Shown here in pieces: positions 60,601 through 64,000 of a DNA stretch of 64,000 bases. The DNA lies in assembly GCA_001643675.2 (NCBI GenBank), contig LSRY02000014.1, forward strand, positions 682,001-746,000. The letters run 5' to 3'. The notes beneath the pieces are model-generated. The model made no database searches. It was not told the DNA's origin and worked only from the letters and a program-made list of their open reading frames with translations. A program made the translations under genes and the position numbers. This DNA comes from Monocercomonoides exilis PA203 (taxonomy: Eukaryota > Protista > Preaxostyla). Each line of letters starts with the position of its first letter. Position 1 is the stretch's first letter.

Positions 60601-60943
60601 GCGACTGCCTTCCAGCATCAATAATTGAACGAACGCTGCTCTGATCAAAGTGAATCTTCTGCGTTGTCAGCGAAGTGTTTGTCAAGCCCAATTGCGAAGA
60701 TATCTGACTATTAGTCAACTTTTGATAAAGATTTCCTTTTGTTTTTCCAATCTCTTTTGCGAATGAAGATCCTTCAATCCCCCACTTATGTTTTATGTCA
60801 TAAGATAAAAAAGGCTTCTCATCACTCCTCTTTTCAAAGAAATCAATGTTTTCAGTCTTTATTGAACTTTGACCTTGACAGTCGGATTTTGGACTTTCTG
60901 TTGAGCAGCTCATGAGAATTAAATAGAAAAGAACAATAATCAT
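48674..60943 (-). CDS. Giant type I membrane protein: 8 Cys-capped beta-helix-like modules, TM helix, C-lobe-only pseudokinase
   Basis: Uninterrupted 4109-codon ORF (track start is TTG; likely ATG at 60943, MIIVLFYLILMSCS is signal-like). Eight CGxxxx(P/A)C motifs, TM FWPIIVVVMAIILLIVLIVSVVLAI, then CLRWKAPE, FSIGMMLWE and RPT. Confidence 0.92.
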   Translation of the reverse strand: MIIVLFYLILMSCSTESPKSDCQGQSSIKTENIDFFEKRSDEKPFLSYDIKHKWGIEGSSFAKEIGKTKGNLYQKLTNSQISSQLGLTNTSLTTQKIHFDQSSVRSIIDAGRQSLVFVDQCVIAISCCSESNMFRSSASTFLIKNLTLLSLEPTTSISSLVGPGNRLPIETQENDVNIVESSFMSFALTEIPFVSSVPSSIISIVHSDFANVTATGPRDFRTACDKCCCLAIIDSCSFTEVDNVLDGEIVSSINGQSAMDAFNTSFARCRKTGNDLKIEGNIIMKKQDLGERNDTLQFIACEWHNTSSAFTNESVSDSSTKYSGGAIGIYGEDNCVVIVEDCLFDTCTCQRYGGAIMVYYGKSVQWKRNVFERCDSRGDAGVSLLFCIVQCTSIEDCVCRNTSARAYGGGIRIQACRSTGCEEDGPIVSRCYFDTCDVKSSIGGGALLFCSMSYTMKTHECTFKNSTASFGGGVYYYFLFSGTINYQMIVFSFFHNNSAYDQKGNDIYIYDNTSVIGENFILCVSSFSTRAEGNRVYHSALGEKNSWLPNGILERFVKKDGVDKDFCGIDEGSACQSIEYVVESFSDSGEQRLKLLESVFSPKRGVSRPLRDIVVRGVAQEQCVIKTENLPGQFLFEVSSGSLLGSNFSVEHSAAKQGMTLFAVSSVGKMKLNRMKLFASEDHGSGLPFTSPLIICSGAGTLNVDELQISGLFLSNCSVFNSLVGGIELKNVLVENLQRLHGNGSVVNEVVGSGEMVDLSNVSLNNCSCQEGDGGGFCIRVKRGGSLRVGNWSKTALKQCSVADEETKKGKGGGMMICVEDGGEDIILEDVQFSGCSGWWGRNVFVEARELSRVVSSTSVLFGTTKMENKDMMGMEDGCGEEAVPLLAYLAVFGGSGYVGGSGMRDFSGCGTKNYPCRTIGKVVHLRFGDGKRAIVVQEGFVWKEETVMGNEEWELKCVSERTAVRVECPEMLSGKAVIVSRMKTSMTNIRFQLAPFQGSSEKVFVECQAGSMLLSYCEAEMAESGDELMNTFAKASGGLLKFVNFKMRNVVFGDISAIVGVESEAGTELVMENCLFDSVKLGGGSAVSVSNVNVMNATKSNFTSITRATGDGGGMSVAACGETGLHSALIEECTFNACSVNEIGKGGGGMHLHIAKTNVVKVNKCSFCLCTATATPGKGLGGGFLIEADEADANFVVSLPSFGEGGANSAEYGNDLFMESPNLTESVIEERFPFGKSMQLSEVDGMRGFDGADRLNAIPLVYLLHDVGSTISASSANGLDVVGCGFIEYPCKTVGYSFQRQQEQEKDVEVVGVFELNESVSLSHEKGCFVHGKSEMSEVIVHGSASGETGLLHMKGNGQPNSCVKLLLFSVPGSAQEHEALFSQESKGTLRIENCSFRSLSEGAIRTFCVVVASNGKTELAFVAVDNMCFSGSNLARIEGAAAVDIANMKSLNATTSSETGLVYVCGAEAQLNVKNSVFDNEGSGKECRIINSCGAKGVILEECVLKSGIVRGRNGSAVCCVVGEEQILKIVGGNFESCESTGGNGGGIFVKVKAGGLTELGNTSSVQAIECSDCHAGSVEDSGGRGGGMYLSVDDEVKAFCIQNAVFDGCSATRGGNWVFVEGKELKRIVNGTTIGFEFEKAVEIARLDDVGGCESNAVDQVIPLAVLFRGMPAVGCVGGSGIDYEVCGFKDFACKTIEHAGSVLFGKKNATLKLQSSFVFEKDIILDAQPMDICGEANGTLIKVKEDGNGIGKGMIETQQDIRLHGMVFQLPRSEGDGREKWMMCCSSMNLKIEECDFVNENGVVGMGIVAVSGGRMEMTRCRIEECVFVKAGVILFDGNEAEGVLDGIYMRNVGVSEEGSVVRAKAGGNVEIANSEFRERNETDGNVIRVEGDISVGMRNSTFSGLKRGAGNGGAIDGKVGEAERVEIVNCTLEHNGCDAGGSRGGSVIVEVDDGGYFGFDENTVNRSTVPSGSGFGGGLYMNLWGTRSEYSMKKIVFDENGALKGKDVFVECIQPRLMIVGVLWNGSAQNDTAEDRLWVLDRLSETTEGVTMMEYLFPSSSRFVFVNGNGSNSTLCGYRELPCESVDLGFQLMNTTHSIIQLQATTPVSGQIDRNGDSLTIQGDESKPSLVIGGDAQFVLSSGEALTQLVFSDVKFDLSGVNGGGSAFDCVVEACAGQCSFVGDIFWSGGEEGNGACEKWIVVGKGGTVRFDDCEVRSVIFFGERGIIQARSGTVILAKTLITGCSGREGSGFVVVCDGSSCTADGCTVDNCWCTYDGGGWKIETGGRMKMMNGSTISGCKSVEGRGGGGSCVVGLGGELIMKWVRVEMCSVDEGKGRGGGIFIQVEGADGKGMNLREVWFKENKGKEGKDLFLECVDLNNTATQASIAIDLFDENGVRIADMAGVDEVNFDESVDLMLFLVERRAGVVVVDGGKGIDVKGCGSEAFPCKSIWSGVGHFDDSAERYLQIVNVGSVKDCYEFLEETSVVGVTGGEREKVILVIQGNPKRDGVFEAVLTARASLTIGRVSLELPSKLENELKAAIISKAGTLTLESCQIVCEAEVKFGVIEASGDGVELINCQMESSSFSVVPFLLLARAVIEGCNFTGIRTDGGKKGGVAEIEVGREGNVVVNRTRLMKCGCSIEDGKGGFAFLNTTNTEESPRFVFEGLVFDQNEAWLGRNVFIVDCDLNESVNQDAFIFNYGSGEGDTDGNMFVGSDGKFVETDLLRFLVSYEGWEVYVGKEGFDVARCGRQEDPCNSFWKGMEQLKSEGESRLMFVSEETVIQDEHDLEEFEMKSDGKRDESKKSRVVFEKKASVGELWFIRSHGGVLVEDICFEQAEAFEEHVKALIWNEGGLLNLSDCSFVSAAKDGSEFSCSLVFAKQGVLIVHLFRMESSNIGDSVFAVGDEATCVIEKATISGVNMNCDAIVKIVGEENALGRFETNLVGSVELKDCILEGVQGRSDRCSVMRTDTGKGVMMKVNGSVASDCRAKQSLQGGVMELWINGGGRMNMVNSSIVRCSCSDIGKGGGVYVGSNETGMLDFEFRTMVFVANTAGVGCDIFVQCFSISSQINETQFRFDLRKISDQEKGICGIDSTEHKTDTNLLDFITVYLSDTIYVCSEQSSGGKNDRQCGAPLLPCATIDYALDHLTGEYVSEMYVVEQANLEGEAELNEMELSSRLRNPCVVNVGASINGTSDFIIQAINNVAISRVCFEYCSTSSDSHSSFLCVKSGLSTLGSCSFRSSSMISERASVGYHIIRVFNGGCLLERCSVSELHLTVSAINGESDSISIISSVFEDVSFEEPIISLTSKVLMESKDEKRISLLQSVRVENVTQQSDQVPLEFSELIHQLELSNCSVSIAVAKGYGSCAMDINKCASASMDLCLFDGLRNKDGKEKDENTDLEGICKWNESLIRLSDSNVMMKDTSVVNSSIGGLSICGGSVTIEAGNFTNNNPSIEGYPSLRRNIICSDSGVLNVMNLKGGDGLKDNSSLWILDEGCELSGMMEERGSPLFIPVVEEARNETGSEGRTIITLSGRLLLPCDVWLKLSFRNGREEVVESYGIGEKESVSENEIVAVVSSVQMGAVGAETEVSVSLLFGKIDSPSSTDLFILKNRSETEGKGDDRIVEGEKEGKSFWPIIVVVMAIILLIVLIVSVVLAIRWRKQKRRTEELEVIVEDTVKKDPKAFEMVTMEMSPEEQWRRAEREAEKKNEERMKKRVYEKSLGHSESSEHLLSESGSTEYILGRDSDKIPEWMLEKVDEKEVEEETRKRTPSPSISSTSTTDTSDTESTFVRGEDLCPTTSSMSNLVDAMACSSPHEKLIVDLRDSLFMLLHGRNEKKEMAIGSIQEREQTAAQILFWVANLALHSFDEMENPLQSLNNLSPHIVLFSKHMVICVVMHSDLLSDDDSDSSSISSSTVVTSTSDDDGNDDDSLPSSAFEEDEDAFKKECLRWKAPELQMNKKMGATKESVSFSIGMMLWECLTLQIPFGEYEAEVAGQKIVNGERPNVEIEKGASFTEIVHHALSPHPGNRPTLIVMKREFIQHFPAGAAMLTVSDAIDFENESEDEDSNTIKSISLLGSRY

Positions 60944-62413
60944 CGATAACTGCTTCTCGCCCCGTCTCAGATAGAAGAAAATACCTTCTCTCCAAACAAT
61001 CAATATTTTCTGCCAAGATCAAAATCGAATATTAAATTTTTGCTCTGATAAAAATTATTTTTCCAAAAAAATTATATCCTGCTCAACTTTTGAAGAACAA
61101 ACATATTGAAGATTTTCACAGAAGATCAGAAGGCAAAGATGGTCATTTCTGTGTCAAAGACGATTTTTCGCAATTTTCGTGAAATTACTCAAAAGATGCT
61201 CTAAATAACGGTCCAATTATTAACAGAAAAATAAACAACAAAGAAAAAATAAAATTAAAAAGATAAGTTTGATGATCAAACTTGTTCAAAATTTCTGCCA
61301 CATATTTCCCAAAAGTCTCTTTCGTTTGTTTGTTTCCGATTTTCTTCATTATTTGATGAGTCAACCGTTAACAAAAAAATAAAATAGGCTGTTGGACTTA
61401 AATTGCACGATATTTGTAATGATTCTGATGAATGTAAACTTTCACAATGATCAATCATCAATTTTTTGTTCTTTCTTTCTTATCAATGCTATTCATCAAT
61501 CTCTTTTTCCTGATACTCTTTCGATGGTGGTGCATTTTCGCATTATACTTCAAATTCAACTCAATTTGAAATAGAGAATCCGTTTTGACAAAGAATCGTC
61601 TTCTTTTTCAGTATCATCTTTTCTTCACTCGCATTTTCCAATTTCGCGAATAAATCGATGATAATTGTTGCAATAAATGTTATTACTCACTGCGTATCAA
61701 CGATTTGCAAAATATCACTTTTGGAAACTGAATGTTCTGGTGCTGGATGGTTCATTTATTGTGAAATCAGTTCTCGAAAATCGAAAATAAAAATAGAATA
61801 ATGTCTTTCATCCAAAGCAAGCAGCTTGAAAATAGCAACTTCTATCTCTCAAATTTTGCTGTTGTATTATGATGTGGCTTCATTACGCAATTACTGAAAT
61901 ATATTCAAACCTATGAAAATATTACCATTAAAAGCAAATTTCAATAAATAAATTGTGAAATTTGTTAGACCAGTAAGTTTTCATACATAATATTGCAACT
62001 TTGTTGTCTTTCGCTTTTTTTTTAGATAAGAAAAATGCGTTTTTTAATATATATGAAAAACAATATGGGTAATTTTATGTGATAATGAAAAAAGTCAACA
62101 AACAGTTTAATTATATTGCTATGATATTGACAATTCTGTTATAATTAAAAGTGTTGAAGAAATTTTTTTGCATATTTTTTGTTGTCGAAATTAAGTTTTC
62201 TTTTCGCAATTTTCGAATGTTAAAGAAATATTTTCAATATTTTTCAAAGTTAAAATAAGAGTATTATCTTTGAGTTTTAGATGCAAGCCTTCAATGTTAA
62301 ATATTATCCCTTCAAAAACAATCAAATAATAACCAAGAATATCAAATGCGAAATGTGAAATGTTTTATTCTTTTTTAAAAAGCATAAATAATGTGAAAAA
62401 GTCATTTATTTAA

Positions 62414-64000
62414 TCAGCCTCTTTTTTGTTGTAATGTAATTAATCTATCATGTTCAGCCTCCAGCAACGCTTTTAATCTTGCTTTATCGGCTTTGACTTC
62501 ACTTAGCTCTTCTTCAACATTTCTTTTATCTTGCTCTGAAATTGAAATTTTCTCTTTGAGTTCATGGATCCTTCCCATTAACGTGTCTTGCAGCATTGAC
62601 TTGCTCTGCTTTATGGATTCTATTTGTCCCATCAATTGCCCAAATTGTGATTCTGCTTTTTCTTCTGCAGCAACGGCTTGTGCACACCTCTGTGCCATTT
62701 CAGCTATCTGAGACTTTAAGGAAGTTATCTCAGCGTTATAAGCATCTTCTTTATTACGCAATTGCTTTTGAATTGTTCAAAAGTTGACATAATTTAACAA
62801 TTTAAATTATGTTTTTAAATTAATAAACATCGAAACATGATTCAATTGTTTCAAGAAGAATAAATCATTTCTTATTTAGAAAACAAAGTCAGCAAGCAAA
62901 TGTTATTGCAAACCTGGATCGTTGCGTTCAATTCATTGATTTCGCTTTGGCGTTTTTGTTCTTCTTTTGAAGCATTGGTAAGTTGATTTTTCAGCTATGA
63001 AGCATCAATATTTTGAAAAAGTTTATAAAATTATCATTATTCAAAAAAAATGATCTCTCAATTAATTCAAACGTTTTCTTCAATGCTTTTCTGTTTTTCT
63101 TCATATCTTTCTTTGTCGTTGTCCTGAATGTTTTGGAGGCGCTTCAATTCAAGTACTTCTTCTGCTAATGCCCTGTTCTGCTTCCATTAGCGTTTTAATA
63201 TTTGTGATAAAATCATGTGAATATATTAGTAAATAATAACTGATGAAGCACACTTGCTCTTGCGATTTTTTCAGCTTGCTCGTAACTTCTTCCAACTCAT
63301 TTTCAAATTGCTCTTTAAGAGATTGCATTTGCACTTCGCTCGATTCGTTCTATTCAAATATTGAATATTAAAAATTAACAAATGAAAAAGAGTTGATAAG
63401 AAATAAATTAATAAACAAGAATTAAACAATCATTTCAAAACATCGATGATCGTGTTAATTTAATTTCAAAAAATAAAGCAAATGCGAAACTCACTCAAAT
63501 TTTCAGAAACAGAATTTTTATTGCATACCCGGAGCAAAATCCGATCAAGTTCTTTTTTCATCTTCTCTCGTTCACGATCTGCGTCTTTCATCTCCCTTTC
63601 CATTATGCTAAGTTGCTCTGTGGCATTTTCCCGTTCCTCACTTAAATGTTCAACAGCATTCTGTAACTGTGCAATTTTTGTGGAGGAGGATTCTTGAAGT
63701 GATTCAAGCTCAGTTGTGAGTTGCTTTTCCTGCAAGCGTTCAGAAATTCATTGAAGTTGTTCATGAAAATGTTATTTGCAAATGTGCAATAACAATATTT
63801 TCAGAATCGTCAAAAAATGCATGCGTGCATGCATTTATTTTCAAGAAGAAAAGAAAAAATGCGAATATCTCAATGAAAATAATATAATACGTTTTGGTGA
63901 AGCTCTTTTACCACTGCCATTGAACCAGAATATTTCTTTGTAATTTTTTCAAGATCGCTTTTTGTTGTTTTCAGTTCTTCTCTCAGATCGTTTAACTAAG
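62414..64000 (-). CDS. 3' part of a multi-exon long coiled-coil protein; 5' end outside the window
   Basis: E/K/Q/L-rich heptad ORF segments (63466-63735, 63149-63334, 62414-62761) separated by AT-rich introns. Confidence 0.75.

Noticed and set aside
1-64000. tRNA, rRNA, snoRNA or CRISPR arrays
   Set aside because: None recognised by eye; covariance-model searches would be needed to exclude small RNAs.

Overview
AT-rich, intron-dense eukaryotic DNA that uses the standard code (genes end in TAA, TAG and TGA). It comes from a flagellated protist; gene content and style suggest a Preaxostyla/oxymonad such as Monocercomonoides (inference, not verified). Conserved genes: RPS23, a CIR1/Cwc25-family splicing factor head-to-head with PRP22/DHX8, CCDC96/CFAP184, an intron-rich Ser/Thr kinase, a probable SF-assemblin/beta-giardin, a possible DUF810/PATROL1-like protein, two related alpha-helical orphans, a membrane protein and a partial coiled-coil gene. 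About 40% of the window is three intronless paralogous surface-protein genes (ORFs of 3051, 1368 and 4109 aa). They are built from 5, 3 and 8 Cys-capped beta-helix-like modules, a shared membrane-proximal domain and one TM helix. Two end in a highly conserved C-lobe-only pseudokinase and one has only a short tail. One of them is a compositional mosaic. This variable-ectodomain/constant-tail receptor family is the best candidate for an under-described system. Mobile DNA: a decayed intron-containing pogo/Fot-like DD35D transposase, an adjacent 726-bp CAGTC-ended MITE and a 205-bp fold-back MITE with a 4-bp TSD. All family assignments come from motif recognition by eye; no database search was run.
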